64,000 bases of DNA, taken from NCBI GenBank assembly GCA_047495785.1, contig JBLDXI010000019.1, forward strand, positions 2,852,001-2,916,000, given 5' to 3'. Shown in pieces: positions 50,890-63,839 of this stretch; within the stretch, counting starts at the first letter, position 1, and each line of letters starts with the position of its first letter. The position numbers and the translations under genes are program-made. The DNA is from Lepidodermella squamata. Taxonomy: Eukaryota > Animalia > Gastrotricha. The notes under the pieces are model-generated. The model was not told the DNA's origin. It searched no databases and saw only the letters and a program-made list of their open reading frames with translations.

Positions 50890-51228
50890 CATTGTGGAAC
50901 CGCTGGTAAGTTGAACTTCGGCGCGCACGCTGATTGGTCAATTTATCGTTGCTAATAACTCCGGAATGAAACAATTTAGTCGTGCGATCCACTAATAAAT
51001 TATTTTATATTTATGCAAAAAATGACCTTGCCACACCCTCTGCACGGTTTCCATTGACCACGAGCGTAAACTCCATATTAATGGTGGTAAATTGCTGCGG
51101 CAAAAAACACTTGTTGCAAAAAATCTAATGGATCGCACGACCAACATGTTTCATCCGGGAGTCATAGCAACGATCGATTGACCAATCAGCGTGCGCATTG
51201 GATTGGACTTTTAAGTGGTCACACAATG
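50890..51228. mobile_element. TA-flanked foldback MITE between the two NB-ARC units
   Basis: TA|CATTGTG ... CACAATG|TA with long imperfect arms (gcgcacgctgattggtcaat...gtcgtgcgatcca / tggatcgcacgac...attgaccaatcagcgtgcgc). Confidence 0.7.
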
Positions 51229-52452
51229 TAATGTTAAAAAATCTCTTTTATCAATAATGAAAACCAGCTTTAACCAGCTTTAGAAGGCTAGTCAATCAGT
51301 TATCGTCTGTACATTCTGGTTTTTATAAGTGCGTACAATAGAGGCCCCACCTTAAATAATAGCCCCCGTTATAGGAATTGAAAATTTATCAGTAGCGCGC
51401 CCAAGAGGCTATTTCAACATTTACGGCATTCATCTTTTGAATAATATGAATTCATCCCTAATAACCTTTTTCTCATCATAGGCATTGACATTTTTACGAC
51501 TTTTTTAGCCTCATAGTAATGTGGATATGCCATTTTGGCCATCAAAAAAGGCGGATAATGGATTTCGGAACTCACGAAGTTGCCTCTGCCCGAAATTTGG
51601 GAAATTAGGTTAACAACTAATTTTGTTGCATAGCCATCTTTTTTGAACATGATTCATCGCGAATGAAATTAAGCAACAATCCTCCTTCGAAGGACGATTG
51701 TTGCTCAATTCCACTCAACAGCTTTTTAACGATTACTTGGAGAATTCGCCGGAAATCAAGGTAGAGCTGCGCTTTTTTCAATTATCGGCACGAGTCCAGT
51801 TTATGTTGAAGCGATGCGATTCAGCTGCCTTTTAATCAACGTTTTAGAAAACATTTTCGAAAATTCCGATTAATAAAATCTTTCCATACCTTGCTTGGAA
51901 AAACTTTCTTTCTAATTACCAATCTGAATTTTCACGCATTTTAACGTATTTTCCTAACCAGAAAAAAGGCCTGACCCAATTTCAGACAGGCAAATAAACA
52001 CGGCTGTATTGCAGACCGTTATTACTTCCCTTTTATGTAATTCGTTCTATCATTTGACGTTGAATAGAACAAAGGAAGAATAAAATCTCTCCATCAAGAG
52101 CCAATTTGTGTCTCCTATTTCAGTCGGTTTTTTCAATTTTAAGCAACATTAACGATACAATATATGATACCACCGCTGATTTATTGCAACACCAAATTTA
52201 TGAAGCGAGGCGACGCATTATTGATATTCGATATTTATCTAATACATAACAGAAAATCAAACATCCGATGTGCGCCAGGGTGAATGATAAATAAAGCCAC
52301 AGCAAATAAAAACGTTGGGTGGCTGAAAATTCCCACTCACCAACTTGATTGTTCCAACTCGAGATCGTATTGTGGTAGATGCATTTTGGAAATTTCGCTG
52401 AAATATTTTCGAACACTACGTCGCGGTCTTGTAACATTTAGACAAAAATAAA

Positions 52453-55400
52453 ATGAGCTTATCACCAGACATCAGTGAAGCCATCGAAGCTTGTCGAAAA
52501 TTCGGCTTTAATGCAGCGTCAACAGCTAGAAAAATGCTGGACCCTAAACTGCATCCCGAAAATCGAGAATCCATCGAACGCATTTTCAGCTCAAATTTCC
52601 TACAAAAAATCACCGAATATCATGATGAAGCTATCGACCTATTTTGCGAGAAAATGCTGGAAACAAAATGTCTTGAGGGCATCTTATTATTCCTTATAAA
52701 TTCGGACCGACTGCTTATCGATCATTTGATTACAACGAATTTTTCGATGTCGAACTGCGAAAAATCTGAACGAATCGCCGAAATTCGATTTTCGATTATT
52801 CGATTCACCTACAGCGATTTGACAGTATTCTCCTGCCCTGACTACATCAATAAATCGCCACAAAAAGTTAAGATTTACCACGATTCGACCTTTGCGAAAA
52901 TTCCGAATTACATGCCTCGTACTAGCGATGTTTACCTACAAGCAAAATTTGAAGCGATTTGTTCGAGAAATTCACAAAATAATTGCCTGGTTTTACACGG
53001 CGATTCAGGTCTAGGAAAAACGATTGCTGTCACCCATGCCATAGTTATGAATGAACCTTTACTTAAGTTTTGCGGCATCACCACAATTGCATGGCTGAAC
53101 TGCTTGATTTTTCCGCCTACGAGCAAAGGCTACTTAGCGAGAGAGGCGTTTTTTGAACATTTGGCCCGGATTTTCAACCTGAAATACCAATATGGAAATT
53201 GCAACGAAGCCGACTACGTCGTTCGAAGATTTCTGCGCGACTATTCAGCTCCGAATCGGAAAATTCTGCTCGTCCTTGACAACATCAGCCACCCTTTCGT
53301 CCTCAAAATAGCGGCGAATATCTGCGAAAATGTCCCTGTTTTGGCGACGAGTCGAACTTCGACTTTCAAGTATTTCCTAGATTTCGATGCGATTCAAATC
53401 ATGCATATGGCTGATGAACGTATTTCCGAACTTGCCAATCGGGAACAACTAGAATTATGCTTAGGGTCGCCATTTGTTGCTTCAGTTGTCGGTACTAGAA
53501 TTCAAGAGCCAGCTTCAGAATCCGCTGTTTTCGGCCTGAATTGGACCGCATTCGAGGGCAACTGCATAAGACAGCTTAAACAAGTTTTTGATGAACTTTC
53601 GGAAGCAGACAAGGAGCTTTACCTAGCTTTCCTCATTTACCTGCCCGAGATCCCACTCGAGCTGGAGGATCTAGCTATTTTATGGAATTTCGAAGATTTG
53701 AACAAGGTCAGGAAGGAGATTAAGAAATTTCTCGAGAAATCACTGGTCAAAGAAGCGGAAGATTCCAAGTTCGCAATTCATCAAATGCTATTGGAAATAA
53801 TTTATCGATTTGCTGTGAATTTATTCGGCCTCGATCCTTACTCCGCTGTCATCGACGTTAGACGATACATGTTGCTGCAGAATCGCGAATGGTTTGAAAA
53901 AATTGTGACTAACAAAAGGGTCCAACTTCTCGAAGCTATTGTCGAACACTTTCTCAGTGAAGAATGCTATTCCTTGGGAGTAAAAGAGGTTCTGCTCGAA
54001 TACTTCTTTCCCAATGAAGAAGACACTCCTCTTGCGATCCTTATCGATTCTAACCTGGAGAAGCGATATGACAAGGCTGGCAATATCGGGTTAGCAACAG
54101 TTGGAAAAATTCTGAACAAATTACTCGAAAATGAGAATACGAATATCGACGAGTCTTTTTTTGCTAGATTCAAGGGAATTTTCAGTAAGCCACAAGATGA
54201 GTCACGTGACTACCGACAAATCACTTTAAAACGATGCAAAAGTACTGGCTTATGGGCAAAAATGTTGGAAACTGTCGAGAATGGGCGATTTTGGTACGAT
54301 AACATAATGCTAACAGCTGCTGAGCTTGACTTCGATGAATTGGCGATAATGTTTCTCGACGATGAAGATTTCTTCAGCCGAATTGATGTGATTGATAATG
54401 ACGGCGAGAATATGTTGATGAAAGCAGTTCGTGGTGGTAGTTTTAGAGTGGCATTGGCGATCCCGCAGTCGTACGATGCCGTAGATGCTAAGGTGTACAA
54501 CCAAGTGAATCGTAGTGGCGAAACTTCGATTATGATTGCGATAACGGGTGACCTTTGTGTGTATCCTTCCGTGGCTGAGACGATGATGAAAACTGGGAAG
54601 TGCGATTTCGCAATGGAGACGACGCCCGAATTCGAGAGGACGCGACCAGTTGGAGCACATTGCTTGTGGCGAATCAGGTAGGCTATAAAGCAGCATATTT
54701 TCGTACCCCATGGTTTCTCCCTTCTCCCGAGGGATCTTTCATTTCAATTTAATGTACTTTCTTGTCTTGCATTCGATTCAGACCTCTTTTGAAGCGGCAA
54801 TATAGGTATGTATAACTCTTTGCATTTTCAGAAATCAAATCGAACCATCCATTCTGGAAGAAATTTCCGAAATTGCTCACCTTCAGCTAGATGAAATCGA
54901 GTATCTGGACGTCATTAAACCAGCTATGGAATCAGGCGACAGCGCAAACCTTGAGCCATGCGACGAAATCAACGACCTTCTGTTACGAAGCCTGTTTGGA
55001 AACGAGACTACGTCAAATCTTTCGAAAGGCTCACGAAATCTCATGAAACAAATCTACAACTTCAACCATAAAAAAGAGCTCGATTTTGACAACCAAGAAT
55101 TCAGCCTGATTTGTCCTTAGGTCTACTTCTTGCTTGTAATATTGGTAGTGAAGCTGCGGAAAGCCTTATTAAAAGAGGAGCGAATGTTGACGTGAGGAAT
55201 CAAGTTTCCCCGGCCAGAACGGCTTTAATGGAAGCTACAAGAAATGGCAACCAGGCTGCAGTGAAAACTCTCCTGGAAAACGGGGCAGATGTTCATGCGA
55301 GAGACGATCATGCCCTGACTGCCATTTACTACGCTGCTCGACACGACAGAGATGTAATAATGTGCCTTCTCATTGAAAAAGGCGCTAATGTCGAAGACAG

Positions 55401-55950
55401 GAATCGATATGGCGAACCCGTTCTTAAAATCGCTGCAAAATTTGGATCCGTTAAGTGTACAAAACTTCTGTTGGACATCGGGGTTGATGTTGATTCTCCG
55501 GATGAAGACATCATGACGGCGCTGATGGAAGCCTGCAATCAAGGTTTTGAAGAAATAGTAGCTATGTTGATTGAATCAGGAGCGAAAATTGATGCCCAGG
55601 AAGATTCAGGCTCGACTCCTTTCATGTACGCTACAATCACTCGCCACCCTAAAGTTGCTGCCATGATTTTGGACAATCCTATCGGCGCTAGCACGATAGA
55701 CGCAATGAATAATGAAGGCAATACCGCTCTAATGTTGGCTGTTCAGTGTTGGAGTGACCGTGAAACAATCAAGTTGTTGCTGGACCGTGGGGCTAGGTTG
55801 GACTTGCGGAATCCGAGGACGAATAAGACGGCTTTAGACATGGCGCTAGACGTATTGGACTGCTACCCGTCTTATGCTTACGCCTTGGGCTATCGACCTC
55901 CGTTATGGCGGCGTGTCTGTGGATTTTTCGTATTGGAACTTATGGATTGA
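52453..55950 (+). pseudogene. NB-ARC + ankyrin gene, copy 2, with a 4-bp deletion frameshift (truncated protein or recent pseudogene)
   Basis: Exons 52453-54677 and 54832-55950. Copy 1 has AGCCTGAAAGATTTG where copy 2 has AGCCTGATTTG (~55108), giving TAG at 55118-55120; the downstream ankyrin frame stays open to 55950. Confidence 0.8.
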
Positions 55951-57988
55951 CGATTGCATCGATGTGACCGCCTAACTTATACTGTTTCGTCAGTGAAAAA
56001 AGCTGAACATGCTAGTATACTCATATTATCCTCTCCTTGTTAAGCTGAAACGTAAACTTCGGTAACTTTGATAATAAAAAATATGGTATTCGGTCGGAAA
56101 CTTTAAGCTACAGAAGAATAAGAATCTTGAGGAAAACCACAGATCACAAACTACTTGTTACCAAATCGGAGCAATGGATCTACATTCCGCCTTCCGCTTG
56201 TGTGTGGCTGGTTTTTGCCCCTGTCTCCTTTCCGGGACTGTTCGCTTGAGGAAAAAGGTGGATGTCGTGGAAATCACGGCACGAAAAAACTGGTGAGCAT
56301 GAGGCGTTGATCCTTCGTTACCACCACTGATAGTACACAAACCTTGGAAGAGATTCGGCTTAGAGAGAGTCGCGTAGCTCATGACCTTCATGATGAAATT
56401 GATTGGTTCGATTGCTGAGATCAAGAATTCTTTCTTGGCCCGAATGAAGTGATGGACCGATTTCAAGATTCGGAAAACTGGCAATGAGGGACGTAATAGC
56501 CTGGAGAAAAGATACGTTGTAAGGAATACATATGGAATATTCATAGAGAAAGAAATGGTCATTTTTTTCTCTATGGGAATATTGTGAAAAAGTCACCATA
56601 TCCTCAAGGGAAAAGGGAATCTGGCAATTCGAAATGAGTCGCCAATACGTCCTCTTCTAATAGCGATTCCAAGCACGTTTCACAAGCCGTTGAATTGTCG
56701 CACGAAAGCGAAAGGCAGCTCAAAGCTGTCCTGCAGCAGGCAAAACGTTGGGCATCGCTTGCATCGCACTTTCGAAGATTTAATGTCATCTGAATCGTCC
56801 TATAACTCTGCAACCTGCCCTGAATTATATGTTTCCCTTCTCTTCTGGGCGATACGGCTTCTTAAATAAATAGATAAACAAATAAACAATCTTGCAGCGT
56901 TTGGTGCGTAGATTAGATGGGTTTATTGCCTGGACTAGGTCGGCAATAGACATTTTTTCAAGGCCATAGGTATTCCATTGCTCCGATTTGAGTGCAGCTA
57001 TGACCCTAATCAAGACACTCAAGAGGCTCCGTGATATTTTCGAAGAGATAAAACTTAAAGCCTGTTGCTTGTTGCCAAAACTAGATATTGCATGGCGTTG
57101 ATAAGCATGACAAAAAGAATTTTTTTTTATATCCGGTGTTATATCAGGTGATTGGAGATACTGGTAGAAAATATAGGTTATGAAGGTCACCAAGTCACCA
57201 AGCTCTCTGGACGACAACGAGCAAGCGATCGTGACTGACGGATGACAGTAATGTCTGACTGTGGAATTTTTCCCGGAAAATCGGAAACATAATGAATCGC
57301 GATCTCCATCGCGCGGTGAGCCAACGGCCGATATTGACTTCGCATTTAGCCTTATTCGATAGATTGATTCGCCGTATTGATATTCAATCGCAGAGATATA
57401 AAACCTATTATTTTTAACATCATTCTCATCATTATCGATGCCATAAATAGATATTGGACTAGACCTCGTTTCAGACAGATTAATTTTAGCAGTTTTTTTA
57501 TTGCAACACTTTCAAATGAAAGGCTTTTTTAAGCCTCGTGGCGCATATATATCGATAGGAATAGCATGACACAGTCTGTCTAGCTGATTTCACTATGAAT
57601 CCATTAAATCCGCTCTTTTGCGGTAAGAAAAATGAGTTATGACCTTATGCTGCACCACGATCATTTGTCAATTTTTGTTTTCCAGTTGTAAAATGACTGC
57701 GGCTAAACACATGTTTTCCTGAATTAATTTCATAAAAACTCAAGTTTTAAATAAAAATAATTTATTTAGTTATTTTGGTGAATGTTTTGGCGGGCTGGGA
57801 AAATTAGGAGCAGATGAGAGCAGATGAGAGCAGATGAAAGAATACACCTCTAGTGTAAATGCGACGTGTATTATAAATTAGGATTCATGAGAATAGAGCG
57901 GATGAACAAACTCAAAAGAGGAATTCAGCAAAATTAATTAGACAAGTCACTACCCTTGCGGTAAATCAGGCTTTCAGCGCGAACATTT

Positions 57989-58918
57989 TTAAGCCTCCTG
58001 GTAGTTTTCCCCACCGCGCTTGGCCTCCTGGTAGTTTTCCTCGCCACGCTTGGCTTCTTGGAGGTTCTCTTCACGGGGACGATAACGCTTGGCTTCTTGG
58101 ACGTTCTCTTCACGTGGACGATAACGCTTGGCTTCTTGGACGTTCTCTTCACGGGGACGATAACGCTTGGCTTCTTGGACGTTCTCTTCACGGGGACGAT
58201 AACGCTTGGCTTCTTGGACGTTCTCTTCACGGGGACGATAACGCTTGGCTTCTTGGACGTTCTCTTCACGGGGACGATAACGCTTGGCTTCTTGGAGGTT
58301 CTCTTCACGTGGACGATAACGCTTGGCTTCTTGGACGTTCTCTTCACGGGGACGATAACGCTTGGCTTCTTGGAGGTTCTCTTCACGGGGACGATAACGC
58401 TTGGCTTCTTGGACGTTCTCTTCACGTGGACGATAACGCTTGGCTTCTTGGACGTTCTCTTCACGGGGACGATAACGCTTGGCTTCTTGGACGTTCTCTT
58501 CACGGGGACGATAACGCTTGGCTTCTTGGACGTTCTCTTCACGTGGACGATAACGCTTGGCTTCTTGGACGTTCTCTTCACGGGGACGATAACGCTTGGC
58601 TTCTTGGAGGTTCTCTTCACGGGGACGATAACGCTTGGCTTCTTGGAGGTTCTCTTCACGTGGACGATAACGCTTGGCTTCTTGGACGTTCTCTTCACGG
58701 GGACGATAACGCTTGGCTTCTTGGAGGTTCTCTTCACGGGGACGATAACGCTTGGCTTCTTGGAAGTATTCCTCGCCACGCTTGGCCTCCATGAGAGGAT
58801 TTGAAATGACTGCTGCAACCTAGTTATAAAATGCATTTATCGCTAAAATATATCGATTCTGCAGACATTAATAGGTAAAATTTACCAAACAGGCTGCTAT
58901 CATAAGCTTGAACACCAT
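57989..58918 (-). CDS. Secreted repetitive prepropeptide (neuropeptide/pheromone-precursor-like), 287 aa
   Basis: Exon 1 at 58918-58886 (MVFKLMIAACL), 66-nt GT-AG intron at 58885-58820, exon 2 at 58819-57989 (VAAVISNPLMEAKR...). Contains 18x YRPREEN(V/L)QEA-KR plus GEEYFQEA, GEENYQEA and a terminal GGENYQEA*. Confidence 0.82.
58047..58765. repeat. 39-bp coding tandem repeat, 18 near-identical units
   Basis: Unit acgcttggcttcttgga(c/g)gttctcttcacg(g/t)ggacgata; only two variable positions. Confidence 0.97.
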
Positions 58919-58993
58919 TTTACGGTTTGAAAAAAACGACAGCTTAAAGATTCGAAAAGAAAATATTTTGTGATGAATGCTGGCGTTGGTGTA

Positions 58994-59030
58994 GAATGAA
59001 ATTTTCATCGGTATCGGTCACGTTTTATAG
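58994..59030 (-). promoter_or_regulatory. TATA box + initiator of the prepropeptide gene
   Basis: Minus strand TATAAAA at 59029-59023 and Inr-like TCATTC at 58999-58994; the TATA starts 32 nt upstream of the Inr A. Confidence 0.6.
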
Positions 59031-59270
59031 GCTGGCCATCTAGTTCATTTCAGTAGTTGCGAGTGATGAATCGTCTTTGCCTGCGATCAAGGGTGCCGTT
59101 AAAGATGGTCTTCTGGTGGCATCGCTCCATGCAAGTTCAGCTGTCATTTCTATCCGCAAAACTTTTTTACGCAAAATAGATAGCATTATTTGAATAATCA
59201 TGAATAAGCTGCTTCTTTCTTCATTTTGAACAGCTTACGCCATCCATCATCGAAATGTCCGGAATTAGTA

Positions 59271-60661
59271 GAGTGAACGGTTCTAACTTCGGACAGTGCC
59301 TCAAATTCGGACAGGGTAGTGTGCCTAATTTCGGACGTCCGAAATTAGAGCTATCGCGCTGCTAAGTTTGCGGCGATTGAAGAAACCAAAATGTAACTGT
59401 TTACGCGCTCAATTTTGTGACGCAGCAATGGTTGATGAATCAAAACTGAAAAATTGAAATTTATATTTTTAATTTTTATTGATGTTTATTCTAGCTATTG
59501 CTTTTAACTTTGAAAATTCATCTGAAATCAAGATACTAATCATGCAAAATGATAGGTACAAAGGGGATTACTTAATTCAGTGATTTTCAAGTCACGATTT
59601 TCGCGTCGTTTTTTCGCGGTTAGCCTCGTTCTTTGCGGTTAGCAGAGGTCCGCTTGTTTATCACTTGCATTTCGCGCGCGTTTGACTTCAAGAAGCATTT
59701 GAATCTGAAAATCGCTGTATTACCTATTTTATACTTGTATGGTATAACATGAGTAAAAAGTTCATTTCTGAACGGAGCCGACCGAGATTTACGAATCGAA
59801 ACGAGCCGGAGGCGCGTTCAGATATAAACGATTTACGAATTTTATACCGTAAAATATCGAATCGGCCAAGCTACTCGACCTATATTTTTCAGGACTATTC
59901 TATATTTCATATAGTTCATATTTCATTATTCATGTTCACGTTTTTTAATTTCGTAATTATTTTTAATTTCTCGTTTTTTGAAGCTTTTTTTGGTCATTTT
60001 TCACTCGGCCGCTCGATATCAGCCCTGCAGGCTCAAGTATTACTCGTAAACGGACAGCTTATAGCGCGAAATACTCGTAAAATGACGATCTATCGGTTAG
60101 GCATGATAAGAGGAAAATTTAGATTCTAGTGAAGGCTTGAAACCCGAAAACCCATATTTAGTGGAAATCTAGGGCTGGAGTCTCAAAATTAGTGCTGGAA
60201 ACCTAAATTTAAGGTGCACACTTGCCACTCCCATTGTCATCTAGTTACTGTATACCTTTGTCTCAAGGAAATCGAGTCAAAATACGCCAAATGGTTCACA
60301 ATTTTTTTCAAATTAAAATATTTCTTATCGATACTATGTGATCTTTGTTAAAGCGGCAAACCAGATATTCCTCATCGCCTAGTAGAAGGCTTTCGAATGA
60401 CTCCAAATTCAAGGTTAATGGGATTTACCTCGATGTGTCCGAAATTAGGGCACCTGGGGCCCTAACTTCGGACAGCACGACAATGGCTAAAGAATTAACA
60501 AGAAATCAAGGTAAATAGATGTAAAAATTTGGAAAATTGCTACAGGTATAGCCAGATAGCCGGGCCACAGGTTTGCCACTTGGCACTTTTCCCCCATTTC
60601 ATTCCCACAAAAGCCGAGAATTCTTTGACTGCTTGGTGTCCGAAGTTAGAACTGTTCACTC
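59271..60661. mobile_element. ~1.4-kb non-autonomous TIR element, GAGTGAAC family
   Basis: TA|GAGTGAACGGTTCTAACTTCGGAC ... GTCCGAAGTTAGAACTGTTCACTC|TA; 60370-60450 matches the arm of the 23327-23669 MITE. Confidence 0.8.
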
Positions 60662-63600
60662 TATTTGCCAACAAAATTATGAAAAAACTATGAAAACGAT
60701 GGAATATTTGACAAATGTTGAATAAGCTATAAGCTCATTTTGTTCTGTCTGTCTTGTTAATGCTGTTAAAAACTGTCAAAAATCGACGGCATGTTTCAAC
60801 GACGCATTGCATTCAATTGTTTGTCCATTCACAAGGCATTCTCATCGGATTGATAGCCATAGCTTGCTACATTGCTACATTACTGCCTTTCTCCCGGTGA
60901 TGTCTTTGGATGTAACTGTTCAATTTCTTCGCTTCCTATACTTATCATGTAACCTCGGCAGTCAACGATGAAGATGTAAGCTGCAAGCCAATGACTAAAC
61001 GAGCCCAGATAATCTCATCCGTAACAGTCTGGTTCATCGTGGTACATCTAAATTTGGTTTACATCAAATTTCAACGGAATAAATAACTACAATCGGGTCA
61101 AAAACTATTCTTCACTCTATCATGTCACTCAAAGCTCAATGACGAGGTGTGAATAAGGGGGGGAGATGAAGGATTTCTAGTCTTTGCTCAGATCTTCTCT
61201 AAATGCAGTTGTTATTAATACATCTTCTTACCATACTTTCACTATTTTTGCTATCACCTCGGGTGTCCACTAATGGACATCCTTTAGTTGTAGTTTCAGG
61301 CATTGCGATTGACCTTCAAGTCGATGAAATTCGGGTGCTCGGCAAGTTGTCTGTTGACTGTTGACTTCAAGATAATTGCGACCGGGGGTAACCTTAATCG
61401 ATACGTTAAGAACGCATCGCGATAGGTAGATCCGGTCAAGCAAAGCGACTATGGACTTTATTTATACTGCTGCATAACAATGCCCCGTTCATTTTGTGGC
61501 ACAGCAGCTTACATTTGGCCATTAGCGTCATATTTTTTATTTCGCAAGACGCCCTTGAGCCGAGGCCTAACCTACCGACAACACCGACGATAACGATCTC
61601 CCGCCAAGCTTTCAGCCTTTGTAATCCACTGAACTCTCGTGTGTTTTTTTAGTAAGACCCCCTGCCGAATTGTTGTTGAACATTTATTAGCGTCCTCAGC
61701 GCACTGCCGCCGGCAAGGGCATGTCGTCTCGCAACCGCGTGCCATCTCTGTCACTTTGTATATATTGTTCGAAAGAAAGGAATTTATTATGTTATATTGT
61801 TCTTTTATATTTTTGTGACTGATGGACAAATAAATTTGAATTTAGAAATTTATTATCATCATCATCCGATAGCTGATAATGTTAGCAAATAGCAAACAAA
61901 GAAAATTGTGCGTGGGTGACAGTTGCTAACTGGCCTGTGTGTTTGAGTAGAAACACGACTCCTATGCCTGGCTACCGTCAATTTGTTATGTAAAATGACA
62001 AAGTAAATATTGCTAATATCCACTGTTCACTGATGAAAGCGAAGCGGATATCCTTACGTGGCGTTTTTACGAAAAGTCATAAGCGGATATTAAAATTTCA
62101 AGAAGTATAACTGTCTATAAGCATTGCAAATGGGTATCTCGCTGTATATTGTGTTTGAGAATGAAAGTGAAAAACTGAGAATGAAAGTGATTTCATAGAT
62201 CACTTCTGAATGCTTGGAATGCGCACTGTTCCGTGGCACTAGATGGGGGCGCGTACAAGGGAGAGCGAAGCGAACCAGGTTTCGGCCCGGAGGGCCGTAC
62301 AAATAACAACCTGCGCGCTGCGCGCTACTCAAATTAGTAGTGATTTGCTGATAAATGAATGAGAAATGCAATCGGGATTCAGAGTTTTTAATCCGAGTAA
62401 CCTGTTGTTAAGATAACAATAAGATGCATTGTTATCAGCCATGAATTTGCTGAGTTGGCGAATGCTTTACTGTAGCACTAGTAAAATTCCCCTTTCCCAG
62501 TTTAATTTAACTCGACCAATACCATTAATTCATATTGAAAACTAGCCTATGACGCATTTTAGTTCTAGGAGGTCGTCATCGTGGATCTGTGAACTTGCAT
62601 TTTGGCTGTGATCGAATTTTTTGGTATCTAGATCTCTAATGTAACACCTGGAAGCTTCTAATATCAATTTTCATATTCCGTAGTCAGAGAGATCATCTTC
62701 AAAGAGTGAGTCTCAAGAGATCTTCATCACTTAATCTTGTGTGTCAGGGTTGTCATTTTGATCTACACCCCCCATTTCGTCAAATGACTTTGAGCGGCCA
62801 TGATCTCTCTAAAAGATCATTACTTTACTAAATCAATCGCGGAGTATTTGAAAATCAATTAGAAGATTCTGGGAGTTAGGGTTGGAGATACAGATAGATC
62901 ACCAAGATGACCCGAGATCTCCCCTAAGGGGGCACGGGGTACTAGGGCGCCGGAGAGGCACGTCGATTCTTCTGAACTATTGGTTTTTCAACGGTTTTTA
63001 TGTAACTCGACCATGCTGAATTTAGCGCAATTCACAGAATAGTTCAAGCCATCATAGTTTTTTAGCTACAACCTAGCGAAGCCTAGGATGACGCCGCGGC
63101 CTCGCGCGCGCTCATTGCTCATCGAACGAAGAAAAACCGTTGCTAATGTAAACAACAAATACTTAAAAATTCTAATTTCTTTATTCAGAATACTTCAATT
63201 GTTAGCCCGCTCCACAAGCGATTCATCATAGAGTGCCCATTTATGTTCAGTGTACATCGATGGTTTTACGCTAAAACAGACCGATCGCATATGCGCTCAT
63301 AAAAACCATTTTTATAGAAGTGGGCACTTTATTCATCTTCTTGAACGTAAAATAAGGGGTCTTCACTGTAACATCTGGGAATAACAAGGCTCCAAAACTT
63401 GATTTTGAGCATAAATTGTGATTGCCAAGTATTTCGATAAAATCGCATGCGCCCGGTCCTGCGTGCGCCACTCTTGCGTTTTGTATTATCCTCAACTAGC
63501 CAATTCAAAAGAACTAATATTCAGATTGCTTTGGATTGAAAGAATTATTTGGTTTTCCGTGAATTGAACTAAGTTTGACGTAGATATGCCATAGTTCATG

Positions 63601-63749
63601 ACCTAGGTACATATGTCGTTCCAAAACAAATATCGCTCTATTACGCCTTTTAATTATATATGTAAAGGGTTGAATCAAATGTATAATATAGCTAGCGAGA
63701 TGGCATCTGTTTTTATTTCCGACTATTAAAAAGCATTTTTGAAATCGTA

Positions 63750-63803
63750 TTTCATTAAAAAATAATTGATAATCCTTTTTCTGAGAGCAGATGGAATACA
63801 CCC
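63750..63803 (-). mobile_element. End of another member of the 21819-25265 TIR family
   Basis: aataattgataatcctttttctgagagcagatggaatacaccc is the reverse complement of 21819-21862 with few mismatches. Confidence 0.6.
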
Positions 63804-63839
63804 TTAGAGCTCCGAAACGAAATTCCATAAATTCCACAG

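Noticed and set aside
51414-51650. Divergent small gene upstream of NB-ARC copy 2
   Set aside because: The homologous region at ~44915-45130 does not preserve the frame.
58047-58765. CRISPR-like array
   Set aside because: The units are head-to-tail with no unique spacers, the context is eukaryotic and there are no cas genes.
57934-58836. Alternative repeat ORFs (KKPSVIVPVKRTS; TITLGFLDVLFTG; DDNAWLLGRSLHG)
   Set aside because: They are open only because the 39-bp unit lacks stops; only the EAKR frame joins the signal-peptide exon.
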